From Selaginella moellendorffii (Eukaryota; Plantae; Lycopodiophyta), in assembly GCF_000143415.4 (NCBI RefSeq), contig NW_003314265.1, forward strand, positions 3,778,443-3,842,442: a DNA stretch of 64,000 nt. The letters are read 5' to 3'. The translations under genes and the position numbers were made by a program. Shown here one piece after another: positions 11,601-23,238 of the stretch (the stretch's first letter is position 1; each line of letters opens with the position of its first letter). The notes under the pieces were generated by a model. That model was not told the origin of the DNA. It saw only the letters and a program-made list of their open reading frames with translations, and made no database searches.

Positions 11601-12719
11601 GTTCTATAGCCGTATTGCTATATGATTTGAGCCGTTTGTTCTATTCTCATTCTCTTGTTTTCCATGACCGTATTGTCATGTGAGAAAGCCGTATTGCTTT
11701 CTTTCTTTCGTGACCGTTTGTTGCGACGTTGGTGTTGCCGTTTGCACATCTTTTCTCCATGGCCGTATTGCCTTGGACTCCCTTCATTTGAGGCTCGTTT
11801 AACTTCTCGAGGCTACCATATGTGGTTGGGTCATGAGGGAGGGGAGAATGACACGAACCACGGGAATATTCTGAGAATATTCCATGCCCTGTGGGATTTA
11901 AGGCCGTAACGCCTTAAGGGTTGGGAGGTTGGCCTAGGGTTCGCTCTCTTGTTCGTTTCAGATGACGTGGCGCGCTGCCAACCCAAGTGGAGCGTCACAT
12001 CAACATTGATTGTTTACTACTCATTCCACATGACAATATTATGGAGCAAACATCTCTTCAGCTTTCTGAAGAAATTTGTTCTTCGAAGTGATGGGTTTGT
12101 GCTTAGCGATGTTATGGCTGAAACTAGCTGTCAGTTACTTAGGATTAAACATGCATTCAACACCGCACACTGCAGTATGTGTTGCGTTGGGGGTGAGCTG
12201 ATCTATGACACTGTCTCTGGGTTTAAATTTTCGCATGTTGAATTCTACAAATGAGTCAACGAAAGTTAATGTAGCGTTGGGAGGACAAATCAACAAGCAA
12301 TACCTCCAGAAATACCATTTGTGTTACTTTTATGTGTTGATCAACAGATACAAAGAAAATGAAAAGAAAGAGTGCTTTTCGTGAGGACTTTCACCTCGGT
12401 CATATCATTCTGGTACCTCAAAACTTCTTTGCTGCCTTGAAGAAATGATGAGAGCTTACATAATAAGAAGCTTCATATGACTTTCGTATGTCTTTCATAT
12501 TGTGATTCTAAATAGTTATATTGCTTAACAATACATTGCTGGACTTCCTCCCAGATTGTTAAACTTTTACAATCTTCTAGGCAGCAAACAATCGGCTTGC
12601 TATGAAATTTCTTATCTCTGTATAATATTGTGATAATATCTTTGCTTATCAAACTAAGATCCTTGTGAGCAAACATTTCTTGCAACTGTTTTATTTGTGT
12701 GCCTTTGACTACCCAAGGC

Positions 12720-13893
12720 TCAAGCCACATAGACATTCTTCCCGGAGAAGTGCTCCGTGTACACCTCGTACATGTAGTCCCTATGAGTCCTGCTGCGGTA
12801 CTTTGCCGGACTCTCCTGGCTCACCAGCTCTGGAATCGGGCTGATCTCCGCGTCTAGTGACGGCCCCAGGAACGCCGCGACGGACAGCCTCGAGCTCTTC
12901 GAGTTCACCATCACCCTGTGCAATATGCTCTTGTACCTCCCATTGCTCAGCTTCTGAGATCACCAACCAAGGACAACACTAAGATCATTCCACAAACTTT
13001 TCGACTGCTCGTACCTCTAGCTGATCGCCCATGTTGACCACCAGCATTCCCTCGAGTGGCCTCACGTTGTACCAATCCTCGCCTTGCTTCAGCTGCAATC
13101 CCCCGACTCCATCCTGGAGCACAAACGTGAGGCCGCTGCTGTCGGTGTGGCCTTCCATGCCCAAGGCCTGCCTCGGGTTCGGGCAAGCCGGATAGAAGTT
13201 TGCTCTTGTCAGAAGAACCGTGTCTTCGAATGCTTCCAGAAGACGATTTGAGCGGAGGCCAAGTCCCTCGGACATGCCCAACAGCATCCTCTTCCCGAGC
13301 TTGAAGATGTTTCTGGCGTACTCGGATCCAACGTCCCTGTTGCATATAGAGCGTCAGCAATCTAGATCAATACGAAAATTCAAGGAGCGAGAAACTGACT
13401 TGTAGCTGGCTGGGAACGCGGGCCAGGGGTGCGCTCCGAGGGACTCTTCCTTGAGCCACATCTGGAGGTGGTCGTGCCACTCGAGCTTCTCTTCTTTCGA
13501 AGGCATCATGCTGGTGCAGTAGCGGACGGGTGTGAAGATCTCCTCGGTGTAGTATCGCATCTTGTCCTCGCTGGGCGAGTTGAAGAACTCGAGAGCGCAC
13601 CTCATCAAATCCTCGGTGTGAATTCCGTGGTTCTTGAGCTGCAAGTCAGAAGAACAACAACTTAGCAAACATGTACTACAGGAAAAAGACACCTCATCAA
13701 AACTTACGTAGAACATTCCGTACTTTGTGCAAGCGTCAACGAGATCCCTCTCGAAGCTCTCGCTCGCCACATCGACTATCGGCAGCACTGCATACCGGGA
13801 GACATCGGCAGCTCCATTCGGCATCATGTATCTCTCCGGAACGCCCGACAGTGTCCCGTTGCAGCTGTCAACAAATGCCTTGATGCCAGCCAT
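12720..13893 (-). CDS. 2OG-Fe(II) dioxygenase (DOXC class) copy 2, 4 exons, apparently intact
   Basis: DIOX_N start (LPIVDV..ACTKYGMFY|LKNHGI), NFYPACP, HTD and distal H iron triad, RLS 2OG-binding motif, GT-AG introns. Confidence 0.9.
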
Positions 13894-14410
13894 GGATGGG
13901 ACTGTGTAAGCAAGAAAGCTTGGAAGACGAAAGATGGAAATGGAAATGTATGCTTGGATGCTAGGCTTTCTCAACTTTGAGATGCAGATATCAGTGTCCT
14001 CCCAGTGCTCTGCTTATATAGTTGCAAGAAAATAAGATTTCTAGTTGGCAGTACGAATTTAAGAACGTTACTTATTACACGTTATTTGCACGAACTTTCC
14101 ATCCATTCAAGACCAATTTGTAGACTTTTCCGTCTCAATGACAGATTAGCGTTCGCATCTGCTAATCTGTCACTGATATGGAAAATGCAGTGAACGCTCA
14201 AATTGGTTGACCGGCACATAGAAAACTTAGCCACGAAACTACGTTATTGCCAAGTTTATGTCAAACTCTCTGCTTGAAGAAGCTTGCCATTTCAAAGAGC
14301 ATCACATGGACTGCAATTATAACAAAATATAAAGGCATGAAAACCATGACTATGAAGAGCTTTCTCGTTACCTTGTGCGGTCCACAAAGCTGGCAGCAAC
14401 GACGCTAGCA
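13894..14410. promoter_or_regulatory. Shared divergent promoter, unit 2 (diverged type)
   Basis: 517 bp between the ATGs. The 2OGD-proximal part with TATATAAG is conserved; ~14040-14400 is clearly diverged from units 1 and 3. Confidence 0.6.
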
Positions 14411-16102
14411 ATGGCCAAGGAACACTTCTCCATCGCCAGCAATCGCTGGATCGTCGCAGTCTCAGGCTTCTACTTGATAGCAATCACCGGAGGCACGCTC
14501 ACCAGCTTCAGCTTGTTCTCACAGGAGCTCAAAATCTCCCTGCATTACAAGCAAGAGTCCGTCAATACCATCAGCTTCTTCAAGGATCTTGGCACTAGCA
14601 TGGCTTTCCTAGCCGGCTTGCTCAATGAGAGAGTCGGCCCCCGTCTCACCATGTTCGTCTCCGCATTGCTCAACCTGTTCGGCTACACCATGGCCTGGCT
14701 CGCCATCACTCACCGGATTGCTCGTCCACCGGCATGGCAAATGAGCTTCTATATGTTTCTCGTCGGCGCCTCTGTAGGCTTTGCAGTCACGGCTGTTCTG
14801 ACCACCTGTGCCACAAACTTCCCGAAACACCACCAGGGGATGCTGCTGAGCTTGCTCGACGGCAGTAATGGCCTGGGAGCAACCGCATTCGCGGTTGTGT
14901 TCCAGACTTTCTTCCAGTTCCACGCTCGCTCCTTTCTGCTCTTCCTGGGGCTGCTACCGACGTTCCTGTATCTGCTGCTTGGCCTCTTCCTCGGGCCCGT
15001 GCCTGTCATCGAGAAGTCCAGCGACAAGTCCATTCTCCGCTCATTCCTCATCACCACCTTTGCCTTAGCTGCCTATCTCCTCGTCATCACAGTCATCGAG
15101 GGGAGCATGACAAGCAGGCTTCCAGACTCGGTGCCTTTGGTGTTCTTTGGTTTGATGCTGCTCATCGTCCTACTTCCAGTTCCTCTGGTTGTCCGAGCTA
15201 AGATTCGATCACATTCGAACAGTGCTGGTGCTGTCGAAAGCATACCGCCATCTCATAACTCTGAAGCTCAGCTCGCGGATATGAATTCCACCCCGAGTGC
15301 TCTGCAAGTCGTCGACCATTCTCCTTCTCAAGCTTCCGGCGCTGGCATCCACAGATGGTTCCAAGTTCCAGCGAGAGGGAAGGACTACAGGCTCGTCCAC
15401 GCCTTGCTGAGCATCGATATGTGGCTCATGCTCATCGCAACTTCTTGCGGCCTGGGAACCGTGTCCACTTTCTACAACAACTTGGGCCAGCTGAGCGCCT
15501 CCCTGGGATACTCCACCGCAAGGATGAACATCTTCGTGGCTCTCCTCAACATCTGGGACTTCCTGGGAGCAATCGGCTGCGGCTTCGTGTCCGAGATACT
15601 CCTCCACAAGTTTGGCATTGGACGGCCGTTCGTGTTCGCTGCGGTGGTCGGCTTTCTAGCGCTCGGCAACTTGCTCATCGCCTTGGGCCTTCCCGGCGCG
15701 CCGTACATCGGCTCCATCATCATCGGCCTCGCCACCGGAGGCCAGTGGGCGGTGCTGTCGACCATCATCGCGGAGATCTTCGGGCTCAAGCACTATGGAG
15801 TTCTCCAGAGCTTCCCAAACATCGCAAAGGGGATTGGGACGTATGTCCTGTCGGTGGAAGTTGCGGGTGTGTTCTACGATCGGCAAGCCAGGAGATACCG
15901 GGGTCCGGACACGCTGGAGGCCTCGCTCTTGTGCGACGGTGCCAAGTGCTACAGGGAAACGTTCTTCGTCATGGCCGCCACCTGTTTGTTTGGGTGTGCC
16001 ATCGCCGTGGCTCTCAGCTTGAGGTCCGCCAAGTTCTACAGTGCGGAGGTGAAGCCCAGCTTGACGAGAAAAGTTGCTGCTGTTGTTGACGATGCATGCT
16101 AG
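14411..16102 (+). CDS. Nodulin-like (NFD4-like) MFS transporter copy C, intronless, intact
   Basis: NRW..FSLFSQELK..LHYKQESVNTISFFKDLG, NFP..GMLLSLL, NNLGQL, EIFGLKHYG, C.GAKCY and about 12 hydrophobic segments. The upstream ATG used in copies B and D is ACG here. Confidence 0.92.
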   Translation: MAKEHFSIASNRWIVAVSGFYLIAITGGTLTSFSLFSQELKISLHYKQESVNTISFFKDLGTSMAFLAGLLNERVGPRLTMFVSALLNLFGYTMAWLAITHRIARPPAWQMSFYMFLVGASVGFAVTAVLTTCATNFPKHHQGMLLSLLDGSNGLGATAFAVVFQTFFQFHARSFLLFLGLLPTFLYLLLGLFLGPVPVIEKSSDKSILRSFLITTFALAAYLLVITVIEGSMTSRLPDSVPLVFFGLMLLIVLLPVPLVVRAKIRSHSNSAGAVESIPPSHNSEAQLADMNSTPSALQVVDHSPSQASGAGIHRWFQVPARGKDYRLVHALLSIDMWLMLIATSCGLGTVSTFYNNLGQLSASLGYSTARMNIFVALLNIWDFLGAIGCGFVSEILLHKFGIGRPFVFAAVVGFLALGNLLIALGLPGAPYIGSIIIGLATGGQWAVLSTIIAEIFGLKHYGVLQSFPNIAKGIGTYVLSVEVAGVFYDRQARRYRGPDTLEASLLCDGAKCYRETFFVMAATCLFGCAIAVALSLRSAKFYSAEVKPSLTRKVAAVVDDAC

Positions 16103-16495
16103 CAGAGTCTTGCATTTTTTTAAGCTACACAAGTAAAGGAAAGAAAAATATGAGTGCGTCTTAAGCAAAAGAAGTCGCAAGAGCGACCGAATGGTTTCTC
16201 CTAGAGTGAGCTAAACAAGACACTCCAGCGCCAAATCCACCCAAGCTTCAGATGCTTCTTACCTCGTGAATGGATGAGCGATCCCGCAATGCGCCAGGAT
16301 CCATGTTCCATGAGCTCTGTGCCCTGCTTGACCATCGTTTACTCCCGCAAAGTTAAAACCAACGTCATGCTAGTTGTGTGGAAAGCACCAAATATGGTAC
16401 TTTAATCCTGCTCTGATCATGTGTATTCAAGCTTCTTGGTTTTCCATTTTCATCCATTGTGCCAAACCAGTAAAAAGCGAAGTTAATATCAACAT

Positions 16496-19400
16496 TATTA
16501 CACGACACACCCTTGCCACGTGTCCATTAGGGTTTTCCTGTTCTGTCCACTATGATCCCGATTTGTCTCATGGTATTGGAGCTGGGATAGCGCCATGGAA
16601 GGAAAGCCATCCATCCGCAAGTTTGATGGAGAAGGGTTTGAGGGATTCAAAATCCATCTTGAATCCTATCTCTTATTTTATGGTTTGTTGGGGATTGTAG
16701 ATGGGACAGAGTCATCACCGGCTCCAGGCTTTAGCGCTGTTGAGGTGCGTGATTGGAACCTTCGGGATTCCAAGGCTAGAGGGAGTATTGCAATGTGCTT
16801 GTCCTCAAATGTTCTCTTTGCTGCCCCATCGATTCCAAAGTCCACTGCGGCAGAGCTTTGGAAGTGGTTGAGTGACACTTATGGCACCAAGAGTGAAATG
16901 GATGTCTTCAACATCCATTCACAAATGGATTCCTTGAGGCTAGAGGAAAATGGCAATATCCAGACTCACACCGCCAAGCTCCAGGGCTTCTTCACACAAC
17001 TTGCAGCTGCTGGGGCGAAGCACTGTCTCACAGATGAGCAGCAGAGGCTGCAGCTCTACAGGTCCTTGCCAGCAAGCTGGAAGAATGCAGTTGAGAGCCA
17101 ACTTCTCCAACCAAGGATGACTTGGGCAGATGCCGTGAGGAGTCTTCGCAACATTGAGGCCATGCGAAGTGAGAGAGTTGAAATGCCACAGGCTATGTAT
17201 GCTTCGCAGGCTTCTGGTGATGCCCAGGTGGCAAAACCGCATGCAGCTGCAAATGCCCAGAAAGGGCAAAATTCTGTGGCATCTGGGCGTGCCAAGCCCA
17301 AACTTGCTAAGAATCAGTGTGCTTGCTGCTTGGAGATGGGCCACTGGGCTCGAGATTGCCTTGCTCCCAAACCTGTCAAGCGACTAGCTACATTGGCGAA
17401 AGCTAATTTTCTTGAGCGTGATGGAATTGCTACTGCAAATGAGGTTGTTGAGGAGCTCTACAACGCAGAGGCAATTGCCGCACCAAGCCGGTGGCTCTTA
17501 GACTCTGGTTGTACTAATCTTATGAGCAATAAGAAGAGTCTTTTTGAGTGTTATCAGCCAAGCATTGGAAAATGTGGTGTTCATTTAGGTGATAATACCA
17601 CCATCCATGTGGACGGCATCAGGCAATTCTGGCTCTCACTCGATCATGGGAGGACCATGGCCTTTGATGGTGCCATGCATGTTTCCACCTTGCGACGAAA
17701 CTTAATGTCCGTCGCCAAGATATGTGATCAAAATGCGGTGGTAGTCTTTGATGTGAAGGGAGTCTCTTTAGTTGACTCTAGTGACTTTCAAATGCTTGGT
17801 ACACAGTTGCTTCGTAGGTCACGCATTGGGGATTTGTATGAGATTACTGCTATCGACCCAATTTAGGCCTTTCAGACTGTGGAGGCAGATTCTCGTGCGG
17901 AGCTTTGGCATAAAAGACTTGGTCATGTTCATTACCAATCTCTTCAACGGATGAAATCCCAAGATATTGTTACTGGATTGGATTTTCGACGTATCTCATC
18001 TACATTTTGTGAAGCTTGTGTTTTAAGCAAGCATCACTGCCGGAATTTCTCACCGAGTAAGCATCGAGCACTTGGACTTCTGGACTTAGTCCATTCTGAT
18101 CTTTGCGGCCCCATGGACGTGCCAAGTCACGATGGCGCAAGATATTTCATCACATTCATTGATGACTATAGCCATCGAACATGCATCCACTTCTTGATGC
18201 GTAAAAGTGATGCAATTGCTGCCTTTCAAACGTATAAGGTGTACATTGAAAACCTCCTTGGTCGAAAGATAAAAGCTCTTCGAGTTGATGGTGGTGGTGA
18301 ATACCTCAACAATGAGCTTCGGGGCATCTGTCGTGATGTAGGCATAAGACTGCAAGCTACAGCCTGCTACACCCCCCAGCAAAATGGTGTTGCAGAAAGA
18401 AAGAATCATACTCTTGTCAATGCTGCTCGTGCTTTGTTAACTAATGCACATCTTGACAAGATGTTTTGGCAAGAGGCCATAGCCACAGCAATGCATGTAC
18501 AAAATCGCCTTGCCACGGCTGCTTTGGATGGAAAAACCCATGAGGCATTTTGGACAGGTTCTACTCCTGATGTGTCCCACTTTCAGGTCTTCGGTTGTGC
18601 AGCATATGCACATACCCTTGATCAACTTTGGAAAAAGCTAGATCCCAAGAGTAAAAAATTCATCTTCATAGGATATGCATAGGACAACACTATCGGGAGA
18701 AAAGCTTACAAGTTGTGGGATCTTGCATCTCACAAGGCTATTGTAAGCACAGATGTCATGTTCAATGAAGACGACTTTCCCATGCGTACAGAGGCTCTTC
18801 AAGATCCTTCCTTTATTGCTGAGACTTGACTTGTTCCTTTGATCCCACTTATGGGAGATGGTCCACTCTTGCCTCCGCCTCAAGATCCTATTCATGAGTT
18901 GCCACCAGAGATTCCATTGTGGAATCCTCCACTTCTGGACATGCTTGAACCAGCTGATCCTCCTCTAGTTGAGGACAGGCCTCCAACACCTCCACCACCT
19001 TGTCGACGTCGTGGCATGCCTGATCCGATGCCAGTTCTTGATCACCCCTGGGAACGTCAGCCCTCGTTAAAAGTCCGGGAAAATGCTGAAGCAGATGCTG
19101 CAGAGCTTGATGACTTTTGTGGCCTTGTTGACATCGGCATCCCCATGACCTATGATAAGGCCATCTTAGGACCTGAGGCTTCATCTTGGATGGAAGCTAT
19201 TGCGGAAGAAGTTTCTTCCATTCGGGCTAACGGAACTTATGTTCCAGTTGATTTAGCGCCACCGGGACGACGTGTTTTGGATCCAAAATGGATTTTTTCC
19301 AAAAAGTATGGGAAGATGGCCAGGTTGTACGTTATAAGGCACGGTTGGTTGTTCGCGGTTTTTGCCAAGTCCATGGCCTTCACTACGATGAAACATTCTC

Positions 19401-20878
19401 ACCGGTTGTAAAAATGGCCAGCCTCCATACTCTTTTTGCCCTTGCGGCTGCTCGCAAATGGCAAGTCCACCATATGGATGTCAAAACTGCATTTCTGAAT
19501 GGGGATTTGCAAGAGGACATCTATATGCATATACCTCCTGGTTTTGAGGACGATGTTGCCCTTGGTAGCCTTATATGGCAATTGCGGAAAGCTTTGTATG
19601 GCTTAAAACAGAGCTCCTGTATTTGGTATCAAAAATTTGATGCCACCCTACGTGCTCAAGGCTTTCGTCGCTGTTATGCTGATCACAATGTGTATGTCAA
19701 TGGTCATGCTGAGTGCATGGTTATTGTGGCCCTCTACGTTGATGATTTGCTCATCATGGGTGATGACAACGATGCCATTGCTGCTCTGAAAGATGCTCTC
19801 AGCCAGCAATTCCAGATGAAGGACCTTGGCCAAGTCTCCTACTTTCTTGGCTTTGAAGTCACATGTGATCTTGATTCTGGTGGCTACATGCTTAGCCAAC
19901 GACGTAAAGTTGAAGTCTTGCTGGATCGGTTTGGTATGCGTGATTGCCACCCCATCAAGACCCTGATGGTCATTGGTGCTATCGACCTCACAGTTGAGCA
20001 GTCTGGTGATCTTCTACCCACTGGGACTCCCTATTGGCATCTCATTGGTTGCCTCACATATTTGGCCCTGATGACTTGCCCCGACATCACATATGTGACT
20101 ATTGCCTTGAGTCAGTACAACACATCACCAACCACCATACATTGGCAAGCTACCAAGCGTATCGTGAGATACCTTCGGGGCACTATGGATTATGGCATTG
20201 CTTATTCAGGGGGTGATGCATCATTAGCATGTTACACAGATGCTAGTTTTGCCAACAACAAAGGTCATCACTCGACTTCTGGCATTTGCCTTTCCTTCTC
20301 AGGAAGTGCCATCACGTGGGCCTCCAAGCGACAATCTGTGGTGGCCCTTTCTAGTGCAGAAGCGGAGTGCATCGCACTCACTACTGGTAGTAGGGACGTG
20401 GTCTGGGCTCGAGGGTTACTTGCTAAGCTGGGATGTGCATGAGCTGGCCCCACTACTTCTTGGTGTGACAACCGAAGCAGCATTGCCATGTCCAAGAACC
20501 CCGTCCACCATGCCCGCTCGAAGCACATTGAAGTCCAATTTCACTACGTGCGTGAGTTGGTTGACGGGGGCACCCTCGCCGTCCAACATCTCGGGACACA
20601 GGATATGCCAGCCAATCTTCTCACTAAGCCGTTGGGGTCACACCAGTTTCAGCTCCTACATGACAGATTTGGTTTGGTGAGTGGCTTCGGTTTGGGGGGG
20701 AGTGTTACACGACACACCCTCGCCACGTGTCCATTAGGGTTTTCCTGTTCTGTCCGCTAGCGGGGTGAGTGGCTTCGGTTTGGGGGGGAGTGTTACACGA
20801 CACACCCTCGCCACGTGTCCATTAGGGTTTTCCTGTTCTATCCGCTAGCGCGGTGTGCTTTGATCCCGATTTGTCTCA
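16496..20878 (+). mobile_element. Ty1/copia LTR retrotransposon with mini-LTRs, full domain set but disrupted
   Basis: 5-bp TSD aacat (16491-16495, 20879-20883). 5' LTR 16496-16570 and 3' LTR 20791-20878. PBS tggtattggagc; PPT gggggggag. Gag CCHC, protease LLDSGCT, LWHKRLGH, integrase, RT YVDD and RNase H in copia order. Stops at 17864 and 18680 plus frameshifts. Confidence 0.96.
20676..20851 (+). repeat. 88-bp tandem duplication of PPT plus partial 3' LTR
   Basis: 20676-20763 is repeated at 20764-20851, with ggtg microhomology at the junction. Confidence 0.9.
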
Positions 20879-23238
20879 AACATTACCTAGTGGCGCAAAC
20901 AATCGGCCCTGTGTGATTGCTGTGCCTTCTCTGCAGAAAAAGGCTCCGAATGGGCTTTTTCATCCACCCTAACTTGGGAATCACAAGCTCCATCTGCCAA
21001 TGTAACAACCAAAAAGAAACATTGAGCACCGCCACCAGCTGCAAGCCTTGAATGCCGCGAGCACCAGCGACCTCTGGAGAAATCTCTCGGTTCCCCGATG
21101 CACGAGTTGTAGAAGCGCTTCCTGCCCCAGCACCTCCCGGATCCATGAGCTATAGAAGTGTTTCCCTGATCATCGATTGGGAGCTGCTCTTGTTGCCCGC
21201 GCCACAGGTTGTCGCGGTCCTTGATCGAGCTCCCAGTGCGGAATTTGGCGTCCAGCTTGCTGGGTTCGTCTTGTAGCGCTTGCTCTTTGGTGCAACAGAT
21301 CTAGAAAAAAGTGATTTCTCGGAGGATCATCAAAGCATTTTCAAGAGAAAGATCTGCCCAACAAATGGTAGCCGATGACGTGGCACGCTGCCAACCCAAG
21401 TGGAGCGTCACATCAACATTGGTTGTTTACTACTCATTCTACATGACAATATTATGGAGCAAACATCTCTTCAGCTTTCTGAAGAAATTTGTTCTTCGAC
21501 GTGATGGGTTTGTGCTTAGCGATGTTATGGCTGAAACTAGCTGTCAGTTACTTAGGATTAAACATGCATTCAACACCGCACACTGCAGTATGTGTGGGGT
21601 GAGCTGATCTATGACACTGTCTCTTGGTTTAAATTCTCGCATGTTGAATTCTACAAATGAGTCAACGAAAGTTAATGTAGCGTTGGGAGGACAAATCAAC
21701 AAGCACTACCTCCAGAAATACCATTTATGTTACTTTCATGTGTTGATCAACAAATACAGTAGACCTGAAACAGGAGGTTCAAGAAAAGGAAAAACCCCTT
21801 GGAAGTTATTTTACTAACCTTGAAGTAGGGATGATGCCTAAGCATTTTTCCATGGTATTCATGATGGTAGAACTTATAATGTTCTCAATGTTTATCCTAG
21901 TGTGAGCAACAATTCTACCCATAATGTTCATGTCAATGTGCGTGGAGTTAAGGATGTCAGCATACTATCAGTTCAGTGAACTAACTTTTACATGAAAATA
22001 TGAATACTTATGAAACTTGAACATAGAATATTTACCTCATTCATCATAGCCAATTAGAAATTGTCATCTTTTGTATATTTAGTAGCTCTTGTAGTAGGAT
22101 CACTGAATGGCTCAATCACAGGGTTTTGCAGGAACTTTATCCCATGTATGTATGTTATCTGATAGCTTGCCAAGTTGCACACGAACAAGCTCTAGATGGA
22201 TCCATGAATTTGACTTCACCCATGTTGAGTGCCCCACATGTGGGAGCTAATCCGATGTTTAAGATAGTCTTGGACATTCGAGTTGACAATGTTGACCTAT
22301 CTATTAGTCAAATGCTAGCTAAAACTGAATGTGAAAGTCAAAATGCTAGATGATATTTCCAAATACTTACAATCAGCTGAAACTAGGCATTTGTGCTCAA
22401 GACAAAGCTCATAACAGCAAGAAGAATGATTGATGGGACTTTTGCCAAAGCTTACCCGGTGCTACTGGAGCATATTCTGTAAGGAAGTGGATATGTTGGC
22501 CAGTAGGGAGTGGAGTCCAGGTGTGATTCAGCCGGGCAAAAGGGACTTGTATACGACATTCAACCGTATTAATCTTACCTCTGTAACTTTGGATATACCA
22601 AAGCATAACGGGCGAGGATTTGAACTGTACTTTCAACAAGCTATGACCAACGTAGCTGTTTCATAGACATAAGCCCGTGTGGTTTTGTGTCATGGTTTCT
22701 TGTGTTGATCTTCTAGTGACTTGCAGATTTCTCTATGAGTTCGCCCTCGATCAATATCTAGGTCTTGCTGAAAACTGCAGGCAAAAATTTCTCAACTATC
22801 TATCGAAGTTCAAGTTGCTGAGGGATGGCAGCTGAAAATCTCAAGAAAATGAAAAGAAAGAATGGACACCTGCTGGGAAACCACTGCTTTTGGTGAGGAC
22901 TTTCACCTTAGTCATATCATTCTGGTACCTCAGAGCTTCTTCGCTGCCTTAAAAAAATGATGAGACTTTATATAATAAGAAGCTTCGTATGTCTTTCATA
23001 TTGTGATTTTAAAAAGTTATATTGCTGAACAATACATTGCTGGACTTCCTCCCAGATTGTTAAACTTTTACGATCTTCTACGCAGCACACAGTCGGCTTG
23101 CCATGACATTTCGTACCTCTATATAATATTGTGATAAAATCTTTGCTTATCAAACTAAGATCCTTGTGAGCAAACATTTCTTGCAACTGTTTTATTTGTG
23201 AGAATGAGAAAAAATTGGTGCCTTTGACTACCCAAGAC

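Larger units (their letters stand above)
8614..11960 (+). mobile_element. Non-autonomous Ty3/gypsy chromovirus LTR retrotransposon
   Basis: 112-bp TG..CA LTRs (8614-8725, 11849-11960) with 1 mismatch. PBS tggtatcggagc (tRNA-iMet-like) and PPT gagggaggggagaa. Gag with CCHC knuckle, RNase H end, integrase and chromodomain (LVQWNGY..ATWE). PR/RT are missing; TAG stops at 9425 and 10833. Confidence 0.95.
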
